Positions 27,602 to 41,010 are shown, counted from the stretch's first letter. The stretch is 64,000 bases of DNA from Eledone cirrhosa (GCA_964016885.1 OZ024742.1:312604001-312668000); one strand, 5' to 3'. Notes: a model not told the origin generated them from the letters alone. Program-made: numbers and translations.

Positions 27602-30600
27602 TTAAACATCATCATTACTAACTTAATGATTTTTCCATTGATTTACCTCTACACTAGCATAAGTTTCATACAGCATCTGACCAATATAGACTGATTATGC
27701 AATATCTCATTTATATCATAGAAGACATAACTCTAATTTCAAACCCCTTTTTCTTAATTTAGTTTCACTATATTTCCATTATTAATGAAAGACATGGTGG
27801 GTTGGCAGAGTTGTTAGAACATCGGTCAAATACTTAGTAGTATCTGGTCCAGTTCTTTACTTTCTGAGTTCAAATATCGCCACAGTCAACTTCCACTATC
27901 ATCCTTCTGAGGTCGATAAAAATAAAGTCAAGTGCTAGGTGTGATATAATTGACTTTCCCCACCAAAATTGCTGGCCTTGTGCTTAAATTAAAAATCATT
28001 GTGGTTACTTCACTTGATGGAAATAGTAACCAAATTGCACTCTACCATCTAGAAAAGAGTGAGACACATTAGTTGATGTCATCATCATCATCATCATTGT
28101 TTAACATCTATTTTTTTATGCTAACATGGGTTAGATGGGTTGTCTCGTTTGAGGCGAGTTGGGTCAGGTAAATGTGTCTTGCTTACACAGAACTGTTTCT
28201 GGCTTGGTTTATATGGCTGGATGCCCTTCCTCATGCCAACCACATTTGTAGTCTTGAATATAGTGTAAGACAGGATAGTTGTGACTGAAATGTTCTTGAT
28301 CATAGTCCTCTCAATCCAATGCAGATCTGGGGTTAAAACAACAACTACCAACATCGATATTGCCCTGTTTCTACTCAGCATACATCATCTATTTTATTAT
28401 GTGGCAGTATCCACAAAAATCACTTCTATTAGCTAGATTAATGGACTAATAATATTTTATCCTATCATGTATGTTACTGAAATATATCTCTATGTAATAA
28501 CAGTGAGCTGTGAAGAATGATGTGAAAAATCTGCAGTAAAAACTCTGTTAAACATTCTACAAGAAAAGAATGATAGACCAGTAGCTTACTTTGGTTATTG
28601 ATGGGATTTCATGAAATAAATACTCTATGTATATATCTTCTTCTTCACACACTTATTCCTGAGAGGGTTGTTGGGGCAGAGTCCTCAAACACTATGTATA
28701 TATGACACACTAAATGGAAAAATGGATCTCTGTCATTTTCAACGATGAATGTTCAATTGTTTGATCAACTAAACTATTGAATTAATATGCAAATGGCCAG
28801 TTATTTCACAGACACGTGTTTTTTAATGCAATCCTTTACCATTTCATGACCATATTTATAATGAAATAAATTCTATTTCAATCAATTGTTGAAAGATTTG
28901 GTGGTATTTACTCAAATAATTAATTAAATATTGTAACATAATATAACTAAAGCTTCTTATATCAAATTATACTGTAATATTTAAATATAGATAGGAATCC
29001 TTCAGTCTTTCATAGAAACAGAGGCAAGTTGAGGTTAGAATGGTTGAAGAGAATCAATGTGACAGTACAACAATGACAAGTTCTAATGAAAGCTGCAAGG
29101 AAAACATCACTGTGGTAAACCAAACTCTGATCTCAAAAAAGACCTCACTCAAAACGTTCCAGAATGGCATGAACTAGGAAGATATGGACACAAAAAAAAC
29201 ACTAACAAATAGTTTGAAATGGTCGAATCTTACTGACCAATGCACCAAATGGCTCAAGAGGACCTACATCTAAGCTGTAAAAAAAAGCAACCAAAAAATA
29301 CTATTTTATATCCAATGTACCAAAATGCTGGAAACCCCACCAAAAAAATTATGTTTTGTTTTTAATTGTCAGAAATTGTAAAAATATATTCTATGAGCAA
29401 AAAAAAAAAAAAAAATACACAGAAAAATAAGACAAACAGACAACTGCATCTTTAGACCTCTTCAACCCCCTTCTAACATGCAGTTGTCTGTTCGTTTTAT
29501 GTAACTGTTTTTCTGTGTGCACTTTTTTTGCTGATACTACATGTATAATGCTACAGATTTCCTGTTGATATTATTTTTATACATGAATATTTGCTTTGCT
29601 TATGTGCATTGAATACATCTTGTCACAAAACTTCAAAACATATCTATGATTTATGTATGGAAACAAAAGCATTTTTAACCTTTTCATTACCATATTTCTA
29701 ATAAAAGACACTGCCTATGATTTTCAAATAATTTTGAAAATTATTAGGATTTGGAAGAAATTTAGTATTTTATAATTAACTTTATCATTAATAAGCATAA
29801 CTTTATCATTTGAAGCATAACTTGAAATTTCTGAAATAAAATTCTGATAGAATATATAAATATTACAGCTTAGTATTATAGAACTAAAGGTGGTTCAGTA
29901 TCAAAGGATTAATCGATATATTTATTGTAAGTTAATGACATTTCAATTTCTCTAACATTCAAATAAAACTCAACTATGCTATATTTTACTACTAGTGATC
30001 TATACATCTAGAAAATGAAGTTGAAAAGACAGCATAAAAACCATCAATGATAAGATTATGAGAAAATGAAGATAGCAGTTTATAACAAACACTACCACAT
30101 GAAATGTTGCGACAGCAGCACCTTACCATCACTCTGATTGATCGACAAGGTCCTACACCTCATTTGCTTACTGAGTGGAGTGGACCTCGTCAAACTGGAC
30201 CAAGGAAACAATGTTTCCATTGGTCTTTCCATTGCTGAAACTATCTACCAGTCGCAACTCCTTCCCATAGTTAGATTTAACCCTTTTGATACCAAACCAC
30301 CTGTGGTTGTATTGGGCAAAACTGTTTGTTTTAAATTTTTCATATTTATATTTAAAAAATTACATTATCTTTTATATAAGAAACTTTGTTAAGTTATGTT
30401 CCAAACACCAACTTAATAATGAGAAGGTCAGTTATTTTGCTAAATCCCTCCAAATTTTCTTCTTCTTCTTCTTCTTCTTCTTCTTCTTCTTCTTCTTCTT
30501 CTTCTTCTTCTTCTTCTTCTTCTTCAAAATACATAGGCAGTGTCTTTCATAAGAAATAGGGTAACAGACAGGATAAGTAATAAGGATAAGGTTAGATTTT

Positions 30601-30825
30601 CTAAAACTTTGTATTCTAAATTCAAATGAGCCTGGTAACCAGTTGAGGTGTGGGACTCCATTTTCATGTAGTGAACCATGGGAAAGTCAGTACAGTGAAG
30701 CCCACTCACTTGGTTCACAAGAAGAATTTAACTTAATTGAGACAAACTAATGAAGCTATCATCCATTTTGTACTGTTTGCAATAGTATCATGTTACTATT
30801 CTTAGTTTAAGAAAAAGACCCCTTT

Positions 30826-31113
30826 GGTCACAAATGATCATGGGATTTGCACCTAGAAAGTTTCCTTTTTGAGGCAAAAACCTGGGTAAAGTGTTTTTGT
30901 GGAAGACCAGCAGTCACCCATGCATACCAGTCACTCCTCTTCTCACCACCAATGTTGTCCAAGTGAAAGCAACTCATTTCTACAGCTGAGTGAAGTGGAG
31001 CAATGTGAAATAAAGAGTCTTGCTCAAGAACACAACACATCACCATGGTCCAGGAATTGAACTCACAACCTCACAATTGTGTATCTGGCATTCGAACAAC
31101 TAAGCCATATGCC
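30826..31113 (-). mobile_element. tRNA-derived SINE family C (CORE-like body)
   Basis: Reverse complement of TGGCTTAGT.GTT...GTTGTGAGTTCAATTCC...TTGAGCAAGAC.CTTTATTTCACATTGCTCCA. Confidence 0.75.
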
Positions 31114-32229
31114 TTACTATTCTTGGTTACAAAAGTATAAACTAAGTTATTTGAAAGGTAATTGTCTTGGGTATAGACACAACACAATATGAACGGTAGG
31201 ATGCAAACTGCTGGCCTCTTGTTTGTCCACTAACCTATCAACTCGCTCATCAAAGCTCTCCACAACATTATATTCTGTTATTTAAATATATGACATTTAT
31301 TTTATGTAATAATGTTCAAGTTAATAATATTGTAATGTTCAGCACATCCTGTTTCAGTATCCTTAGTGTACCATACAGATCAAGATATCAGAGTATGCTC
31401 TACAGAAGAGACTAGTTGAAAGATATAAATAATTTATAATGACAATTGGATGGAAATGTGTTAGGAGAGACAAGTTGAAATAAACAAAACAAAGGGACTA
31501 ATATTCACCTAAAAGTATTAGTATGTGGGACAACAGAAAGAGAAGCAATTTTACAAATATATTTTAATCTATTCATAGTAAAAATGTGAATAGTGTTGAC
31601 TATTGCAAAACCTGTGTCTTTATCTCTTTGTCTAATTTCTCAAACCTTGTAAATGCTGGTCGAAAGGTCCACAGTTAAGTCAGATCACCCCATAACCTTT
31701 GAAATTACAAAAGCCTGTTATAATATAAGTCCACAGGGGGAAAACACCATATGTTCATTGACAATTGCCAATATGCAGTAGCAATAAAGCTGGTAATATT
31801 AGCAAATAAACAGCAACTGACTGTGTATAAATGCAGAGCTGTGAAGACAAGTTAAAGCAAGTGAGTGTGACAAAAGGCGAGATTAAATACAAGAGTTGTG
31901 TCGCCAGCTCAGTAACAATAATAATCATTATTGGCGATAAAAGTCATACAACTACGTGAGACAAATCAATACAAAAGAAGGAAATAAAATCAATATATTG
32001 AAGATTACCAAGCCTATTTCGTTTCATCTTTTGCAGCCCTTTTCCTCTGAGCTATTAAAGTATTGCAACAAAGCACTGACCACACGAACAGAGGAGGAGA
32101 TACAAGAGAAAGATAGAAAGAAGAGAGAAAAGAGAGACTATATATTCTATTGAAATAGTCTTTTGCAATAACATCTTGTTGATTATATCTTTATATATTA
32201 TCATGCCAGCTCAGGTATAAACTGTTGGA

Positions 32230-32302
32230 GTTAGTAGTAATAGTGGTGGTGCTGGTAGTGGTGGTGGTGGTGGTGGTGGTGGTGGTGGTGGTGGTGGTAG
32301 TG

Positions 32303-32364
<62 letters not shown>

Positions 32365-32434
32365 GGTGGTGGTGATGGTAGTGGTGGTGGTGGTGGTAGT
32401 AGTAGTAGTAATAGTAGTAGTAGTGGTGGTGGTG

Positions 32435-32508
<74 letters not shown>

Positions 32509-32515
32509 GGTGGTG

Positions 32516-32586
<71 letters not shown>

Positions 32587-33660
32587 GGTGGTGGTGGTGG
32601 TGGTAGTAGTAGTAATAGTAGTGACTGAAGTTTCAGAATTATGAACAAAACAAAAAAAAAAAAGAAAAGGTTATGAAATCTATGCTACATCTATCTCATA
32701 TCAAGTTATGTTATATTCCTCCGGTGGCCATTTTTACCACCTTTTCATATTAGCGTTGCCTTCATGTTTGAGGTGGGGTAGACTGGCAAAGAGAGGCAGC
32801 CCATGTTAACATGGAGACAGAAACAAAACTAGAAGTAATGATGGCAACCACAATAGTGATGGTGATGATGATGATGATGATGAGGACAAGGTGGATGGTC
32901 ATAATAGTGATGAAGAGGATGATGACCATAATGGTGATGATGATGATGATGACCATGATGATGATGAGGAGGAGGATGGTCATAATGATGATGAAGATGA
33001 TGATGATGATGGTGACCATAATGGTGATGATGAGGATGATGATGGCCATAATGGTGATGATGATGATGGCCATAATGGTGATGATGATGATGGCCATAAT
33101 GGTGATGATGATGATGGCCATAATAGCGAATGATGATGATGATGATCATCATCATGATCATAACCATATTGGTGATGATGATAGTGATGTGGATGATGAT
33201 GATGATGATGGTGATGGTGATGTTGATGATGATGATGATGGTGATGGTGATGGTGATGATGATGATGATGATGATGATAGCCATATTGGTGATGATGATG
33301 ATGATGATGACCACAATGGTGATCATGATGATGATGACTATAATAATGATGACCATGATGATGATGATCATGATCATGGCCATAATGGTGATGATGATAG
33401 TGATAATGATGATGATGATGATGATGATGATATTGATGATGATGGTGATGACTAATGGTGATGATGATGATGACTATGGTGGTGGTGGTGATTGATGATG
33501 ATGATGACTCTAATGGTGGTAATGATGATGACTATGGTGGTGGTGATGATGATGATGACTCTAATGGTGGTAATGATGATGACTATGGTGGTGGTAATGA
33601 TGATGACTATAATGGTGATGATGATGATGATGATGATGGCTGTGATAGTTATGATGATTT
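32230..33660. repeat. (GTA/GGT)n and (GAT)n compound microsatellites
   Basis: Direct inspection: 32230-32622 and 32835-33660. Confidence 0.97.
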
Positions 33661-33884
33661 TAGATTGTTGATTTGTAATATTGTATTTGAAGCAATAGAT
33701 TACATGTGAATTGATCAACACAGATTGGGCTGGGGAATATCTGGAATATTGACCTGGTAAGCAATGATTTGTCATTGAATGAATTTGGTAAATGGAAGCT
33801 GTAAGGTGGACTGTCATATATCATCACCACCATCATTTAACATCCATTTTGCCAACTTAGGTACACCACACGCCAAAGCATATA

Positions 33885-34828
33885 TCATCATCATCATCAT
33901 CATCATCATCATCGTTTAACGTCCATTTTCCACGCTAGCATGGGTTTGGACAGGAATTGTCCCACTTGAGGCAAGATTGGTTGTCTTGCTCAGGACTGTC
34001 TGGCGGGTTTTCTACGGCTGGATGCCCTTCCTAACAGCAACCACATTTACAGTGTGGACTGGGAGGTTTTTACCGTGTTACCTACATGGCCACATTACAG
34101 CGTGGACTGTGTGTTTTATTGTCGTGACACCTACACGTCTGGCGGGTTTTCTACGGCTGGGTGCCCATCCCAACACCAATCACGTTTACAGTGTGTACTG
34201 GGAGGTTTTTAATATATATATATATATATATATAGCCTGCACCATCCCATACCACCCACTCCCATACATCTCTCCCTGAGGACAAGCTGAGGTATACATT
34301 TAGTGAAGCTTCCAGCCCACACTGTAAAGTGGTCATGATGGTGACATGACAAAAAGTGCCCAGACCACACTGTAAAGTGGTCATGATGGTGACACAACAA
34401 TAAGTGCCCAGACCACACTGTAAAGTGTTTGTGATGGTGACACGACAAAAAGTGCCCAGCCCACACTGTAAAGTGGTCGTGATGGCGACACAAAAATAAG
34501 TGCCCAGCCCGCACTGTAAAGTGTTTGTGATGGTGACACGACAAAAAGTGCCCAGCCCACACTGTAAAGTGGTCGTGATGATGATACAGCAAAGAGGGCC
34601 CAGCCCACACTGCAAAGTGGTCAAGTAGGCATCATGGCAACAAGGGCCCAGTACTCACTGTAAATGAGGTTGGGGCTAGGAAGAGCACCCAGCTATAGAA
34701 ACCAAACCACAATAAGTTCTGTATGAGCTAGACATGGTCACCTGACCTGGCATTGCTCACAACAAGATAACTCATCTAACCAATGCCAGCATGGAAAAAT
34801 GGATGTTAAACAGTAATGATGATGATAT
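33885..34828. mobile_element. Head-to-head RTE-3'UTR-derived elements (- 33885-34210; + 34240-34828, with ~8 tandem ~45-bp modules)
   Basis: Repeated GACACGACAAAAAGTGCCCAGCCCACACTGTAAAGTGGTC module; (GAT)n tails point outward. Confidence 0.8.
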
Positions 34829-34849
34829 ATATGTATGTTGTTTTTTTTT

Positions 34850-35210
34850 GTGGAGCGAAAGACTCCTAGTCTTCAGTAAGACATCTCTTCAGGAGAAGGT
34901 CACTCTGATATAAAACCTGCGCCTTCATTTGCATCTAATGATGTAGACCAGTTCTACTTTTTAGGCAATTACATTCAGAGAGTGGGATTGGCCCTGTGCA
35001 AAGCTTTTCCTCACTTAAAAAAGCTTCAAGCACAGGCACCACTTGATATGTAACATTTTTTGCAATGCATGGCATGGCTGGCCATAGGCAAGTCCTTAGC
35101 AGGACTAAAAAGCCACATTTAAGATGCTTGTTCTTAAGTATCAGGCGATGGCATTACTCAAGGTTTCACTGTTTCGGGCAGTCTGTTTTCTCTGCTAGCA
35201 AGGATTGGCT
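34850..35210. repeat. Unclassified dispersed repeat; homologues at 54930-55250 and (inverted) 36629-36765
   Basis: Shared TTTTTGTGGA.CGA.AGACTCC...CTCACTTAAAAAAGCTTCAAGCACA...GCTGGCCATAGGCAAGTCC.TAGCAG. Confidence 0.8.
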
Positions 35211-35585
35211 TGAACATACATATTTCAAATTTTCACAATGCTTCTTTAAGTCAGCCGTTGTTTATATGATATATATATATATATGTGATGTGTTGTTTCC
35301 TTGAGCAAGACACTTTATTTCACATTGCTCCAGTTTACTCAGCTGTAGAAATGAGATGATAGGGACTGGGGTCCATATCATTCCACTGCAAAGTGGTCGT
35401 GGAGGTGCCACAGCAAAAAAGCACCCAGCACTCACTGTAAATGAGGTTGGTGTTAGGAAGGGCATCGAGCTGTAGAAATCAAGCCAGCATCAGTTCCCGT
35501 CCCACCCTTGCAAGCAGGGAAAAAGCGGACGTAAAAATGAAATGAAATGAAATGAAATATATATATAAGTCAGCCTTTGTTTATA

Positions 35586-35625
<40 letters not shown>

Positions 35626-35639
35626 TATATGATATATAT

Positions 35640-36630
35640 ATCATCATCATCATCATCATTTAACATCCATATTCCACACTTGCATGGGTTTGGACGGGAG
35701 TTTTCTCACATGAGGCAAGAGTGGTTGTCTTGCTCGCATAGGACTGTCTGGCGGGTTTTCTACGGCTGGATGCCCTTCCTAACACCAACCACATTTACAG
35801 TGTGGAACTGGGACGTTTTTACCGTGTTACCTACACGGCCACATTACAGCGTGGACTGTGTGTTTTTTTGTCGTGACACCTACACGGCCTCATTTATTTC
35901 GGCCTGGATGTTGTGGTACCAACATAACTTTACATTGAAAGGGGTTGTGTGGATGGGTGGGGATAGTGGGACGGGGGTGTATTTTATTAGAGATGCCTAC
36001 TGTCTGTAGTAGGTTTTACTTTGTATTTAGGTAAGGCGGGTCTTCTCTATTACTGTGTAGCGCCAAAGATCTCGGTCCAGTGACATTGTCTTGGAGAGGT
36101 GTAAGTGTGTGAGGTCGGAATTTATCAAGTCGTCCCAGGTTTTTCTGGGTCTGCCTACTCCGTGGCTACCGTCTATTTTTATTGCCCTGCACTTTTTTAT
36201 ACAGCTGTCGTCTTTCATGTGCATCACGTGACCATACCAACATAGCCTTCTCTCGAGTAAACAACATCTGATCCCTCTTATTTCTAATTTTTCCCTTAGT
36301 TCGTTTATGCTTTGCCGTTCACGTATATTACTATTACACATCCAGCGGAGCATGCAAGCTTCGTTCCTCTCTAGTCTGCGCAGATCCTCTGCACACAATG
36401 CCCATGTCTCACTGCCATGCAACTTTGCTGTTCGTATGCAGGCATCATACAGCCTGCCTTTCATTTTTAGAGAGAACCCTTTAGCGGCCAATAGTGGTAT
36501 AAGCTCTCTGAACTTTTTCCATCCAGTTGTGACTCTAGCTACTGTACTTTCAGAGCACCCTCCCCCACTGCTGATTTTGTCACCCAAGTAACGGAAGCTA
36601 TCCACTATTTCTATAGAACCATCTGTGCAG
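35640..36630 (-). mobile_element. 5'-truncated RTE LINE (family 1)
   Basis: DSFRYLGDKISSGGGC...LHGSETW...GRPRKTW ORF 36027-36605, long 3'UTR and (GAT)n tail next to (TA)n. Confidence 0.93.
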
Positions 36631-37800
36631 CCAATCCTTGCTAGCAGAGAAAACAGACTGCCCGAAACAGTGAAACCTTGCGTAATGCCATCGCCTGATA
36701 CTTAAGAACGAGCATCTTAAATGTGGCTTTTTAGTCCTGCTAGGGACTTGCCTATGGCCAGCCATATATATATATATATATACATATATATATGTGTGTG
36801 TGTGTGTATATGTATACATTATATTGGTGTGTAAGCTAGTTGCTACAAACATCATGTTAACACTTTATAAAATGATACTTGATAAACTATATATCCCTCA
36901 GAGGAGTAAAGTTTCAAATAACTAGCTTACTATCAAAATGGCTAGATATCCCTCATTAACTCTTAACATCCTGTAATGATTTGGTAGAAAATATCTAAAA
37001 ACAGGTTTTTTAATTCAAATGTTTATAGTATCTTATCTAATAGATAGATTATTGGGAACATTTTCAGCACACGAAAGACTTTAATTCTTAACATGATGCA
37101 ATCATAATGCCACTTTGTACTTTTCAAGAATGTCATGCAAATGTGGTTTCATGTGGTACAGGATATTGAGATTAATACAGCAGTACAGAACGAGAGTTAA
37201 ACACTGGCTATCTCTATGTACTAGTATGGTTATTAGTAAAAATGATAATATAATTGTTTCTACTTTAGGCACAAGGCCAGCAATTACCCAGTGCATTACT
37301 GGTACTTTATTTTATCGACACCGTAAGGATGAAAGGCAAAGTCAAGCTCAGCGGGATTTGAACTCAGATCGTAAAGGGACGTAACTATAATATAATATAA
37401 AATAATATAAAAAAAAGAGTACACTTTTGAAATAATAATTATTGTTAATATAGGCAGAAACAAGACCACAAATTTGTTGAATGAGGTTAGTCAATTATAT
37501 CAACCTAAGTATTTAACTGGTCGGAGGCCATGCTTTGCAGCATAAAGTCACGGCCCTTTACAATATGAGTTCAAATCCCACTACGGGATCGCTAAAATAA
37601 AGCACCAGTAATGCACTGGAATAATTGCTGGCCTTGTGCCAAAAGTAGAAACAATCATATTATATTAACTCCAGAAAGATGGAAGGCAAAGTTAACCTCA
37701 TCAGAGTTTATTTATCAAGCTAGGAAGGATGGAGAGCAAAGCTGAAGATAAAGTGTCAAGACACATTGACAACCTTTCTAATATATATATATATATATAT

Positions 37801-39018
37801 CATCATCATCATCATCATCATTGTTTAATGTCTATCTTCCACGCTAGCATGGGTTTAGACAGGAATTGTCTCACGTGAGGCAAGATTGGTTGTCTTGCTC
37901 ATATAGGACTGTCTGGCAGGTTTTCTACGGCTGGATGCCCTTCCTAACACCAACCACGTTTACAGTGTGGACTGGGAGGTTTTTACTGTGTTACCTACAC
38001 GGCCACATTACAGCGTGGACTGTGTGTTTTGGACTTTTTTTTTTGTCGCGACACCTACACGACCTCATTTATTTAGGACTGGATGACGTGGTACCAACAT
38101 AACTTTACAGAGAAAGGGGTGGTGTAGATGGGGGTGGGGTAGTGGGATGGGGGTGTATTTTTGGTTAAGAGGTGACCTACTGACTGTAGGTTTCACTTTG
38201 TACTTAGGCAAGGCGGGTCTTCTGTATTACTGCGTAGCGCCAAAGATCTCGGTCCAGTGACATTGTCTTAGAGAAGTGTAAGTGTGTAAGGTCGGAATTT
38301 ATCAAATCGTCCCAGGTTTTTCTGGGTCTGCCTACTCCGTAACTTCCATCAATTTTGATTACACTGCACCTTTTTATACAGCTGTCGTCTTTCATGCGCA
38401 TCACGTGACCATACCAACGTAGTCTTCTCTCGAGTAAACACTTAGTTCATTTATGCTTTGCCGTTCATGTATAGTACTATTACACATCCAACGGAGCATG
38501 CAAGCTTCATTCCTCTCCAGTCTGCGCAGATCCTCTGCAGACAATGCCCATGTCTCACTGCCATGTAACATTGCTGTTCGTATGCAGGCATCATACAGTC
38601 TGCCTTTCATTTTTAGAGAGAAACCTGTAGCGGCCAATAGTGGTATAAGCTCACTGAACTTTTTCCATCCCGTTCTGACTCTGGCTACTGTACTTTCAGA
38701 GCACCCTCCACCACTGCTGATTTTGTCACCCAGGTAACGGAAGGTGACCACTATTTCTATAGAGCCATCTGGGAAATAGAAGGTGCTAGTATCCTGTGGG
38801 CACTTGCTACTACTTATTGCACCTGTGCACCGGCCACACATAACATCTATGTTCTTAGTTAGCTTATCTGTGATCCCACTACATCTTTTATGCACCCATA
38901 CTTTGCATTTGGAACATAAAATGGAGTTTCTGCCTACTCCTTTCCTACACACTGAGCATGGCCATTTCCCAGAGGGGACCAGTGCCCTGTTTTCCTTCCT
39001 ACATACTAGAACTTTAGC
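37801..39018 (-). mobile_element. 5'-truncated RTE LINE (family 1, 31-bp-deletion variant)
   Basis: PHD-like [35 protein letters not shown] and GRPRKTW; frameshift at ~38440. Confidence 0.93.
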
Positions 39019-39060
39019 ATTTCTCTGATTACAGTCCCTTGGATTGTGTCTATTATTATA

Positions 39061-39159
39061 TTCCTTTGTTGGATAAATTTCGGAATACCTGACGATGTCA
39101 CCGGTTTCATACTGAACCCGGTCATTGAAATGTTCATAGTATAATAAATCTTTAAGGAA
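39061..39159 (+). ncRNA. Type I hammerhead ribozyme in a short non-coding (PLE pLTR-like) segment
   Basis: ATAC-CTGACGA-[stem II TG..ACCGG.TTCA/TGAA.CCGGTCA]-GAAA-TGTTCA-TA-GTAT. Helix I ATAC/GTAT is extended by TTCCTT/AAGGAA. Confidence 0.75.
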
Positions 39160-39218
39160 TTACACCAGTCCAGCATCCTGTCATTTTATAATTATATATA
39201 TATATTTATATATTTATA

Positions 39219-40485
39219 GATGTTGTTAGAGATAAATGTGTCCGGAATGATGCCGATGTACTTAGTGTCACGAATGATCAGAAAAAGGAGGCCTGGAAAT
39301 GTCATTATGAGAGACTAGGTGTTGAGGAATGGCTTGTGAGGACAGTGCAAACTTTGTCAGTAAAGTCAGGGTAGGAATGGAGTTTAGTGGGGAATTCCAG
39401 ATACAAGTAGGAGTACATCAAGGTTCGGTCCTCAGCCCACTATTGTTCATTATAGTCCTCCAAGCCATAACAGACGAGTTTAAGACTGGCTGTCCATGGG
39501 AACTTCTCTATGCTGACGATCTGGTTCTTATAGCAGAATCAGTAGAGGAGCTAGAGAATAAATTCTGACTATGGGAACAGCAGTTGGAAGCAAGAGGACT
39601 GAGAGTGAACTTAGTTAAGACAAAAGTGTTGAGTAGAAAAGATGACAAAACTCTGATTCCGTTAGGGAAATGGCCACGTTCGATATGCAGAAAAGGAACT
39701 GGGATAAATTCTATAAAATGCACACAATGCAGATCCTGGGTACACAAGAGATGTAGTGGGATAGCAGACAAACTAACAGGTAGGGAGAAATACGTATGCA
39801 GTAGATGTACAGGGAAATTAGACAGTAGAAGTCGCATTGATAGACACATTTTTCAAATGCAGGCGTGTGCTATAGAAGTGGTGGATAGCTTCCGGTACCT
39901 AAGAGATCAGATTAGCATGGGAGGGGTGTTCCCAGGCCATAGTATCTAGAATAAGGACGGGTTGGAAGAAGTTTAGGGAGCTGCTTCCTCTGCTGACGAA
40001 GAAGGGTTTCTCCCTGCATACGAAAGGCCGGTTATATGATGCCTATGTGAGGAGCACGATGCTGCATGGTAGTGAGACATGGGCAGCAACTGCAGAGGAT
40101 ATGCGACAGCTGGAGAGAAATGAGGCAAGCATGCTCTGTTGGATGTGCAGTGTCAATGTGCGTTAACGACCCAGCATGAATGTGTTGAGAGAGAAACTGT
40201 GTCTGAGAGGGATAGAATGTAGTGTGCGAGAGAGGAGACTGAGGTGGTATGGACATGTGATGCACATGGAGGATGACCGATGGGTGAAGAAGTGCCAGGA
40301 AATGCCAATTGAAGGAATACGTGGTAGAGGTAGACTACGAAAAACATGGGCGGAGGTGGTGAGAACAGAAGCTCACGGTGGAGATGATGAAGGACCGTGA
40401 CAAGTGGAGAGATGCTGTGCTGAATAAGACCCGTCCCACCCTTGCAAGCAGGGAAGAGCGGACGTAAAATGATGATGATGATGAT
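39219..40485 (+). mobile_element. RTE LINE family 2, internally deleted and frameshifted
   Basis: [26 protein letters not shown]-like CRKGTGINSIKCTQCRSWVHKRC, GRGRLRKTW; short tail CCCGTCCCACCCTTGCAAGCAGGGAAGAGCGGACGTAAAAT(GAT)n. Confidence 0.92.
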
Positions 40486-40548
40486 ATATATATATACTAT
40501 TATTCAAAATATTAATAAATGAAGACATTCACATAATCAAAATATATG

Positions 40549-40610
40549 TTTTATTATATATATTTCGAAGGTACTGTGCTGTTTTTTCAGTATGTCCTCG
40601 TCAGATAAAA
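40549..40610 (-). ncRNA. Type I hammerhead ribozyme
   Basis: Reverse complement: TTTTAT-CTGACGA-GGACATACTG...CAGTACCTTC-GAAA-TATATA-TA-ATAAAA. Confidence 0.75.
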
Positions 40611-40762
40611 TACATGAATTGATGTATGATATACCTCAACGGTCTTGATGGTTCAATTTCAGTATTGGCAGTATTGGAATTGAACCATCAAGTATTGAAC
40701 CATTCCAGTATTGGAATTGAACCATCAAGACCGTTGAGGTATGCCATACATCAATTCATGTA

Positions 40763-40824
40763 TTTTATCTGACGAGAACGTACTGAAAAAACAGCACAGT
40801 ACCTTCGAAATATATATAATAAAA
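40763..40824 (+). ncRNA. Type I hammerhead ribozyme
   Basis: TTTTAT-CTGACGA-GAACGTACTG...CAGTACCTTC-GAAA-TATATA-TA-ATAAAA. Intact core, palindromic helix III, AUA cleavage triplet. Confidence 0.82.
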
Positions 40825-40959
40825 CATATATTTTGATTATGTGAATGTCTCCATTTATTAATATTTTGAATAATATTAATAACTCCAGAAAACTTTCTAT
40901 TGTAAAACAATATTCATTGAGTAATCAATGAACCATATTAATCTTTGGTTATATATATA

Positions 40960-41010
<51 letters not shown>

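Larger units (their letters stand above)
40498..40950. mobile_element. Fold-back non-autonomous element with a hammerhead on each strand (PLE-type inverted pLTR)
   Basis: Arms 40498-40664 and 40709-40875 are near-perfect inverted repeats, with a ~75-bp unpaired right tail; flanked by (TA)n. Confidence 0.8.

Noticed and set aside
32211-33817. Poly-V/L/P/D/M/H ORFs
   Set aside because: Translations of (GTA/GGT/GAT)n microsatellites.
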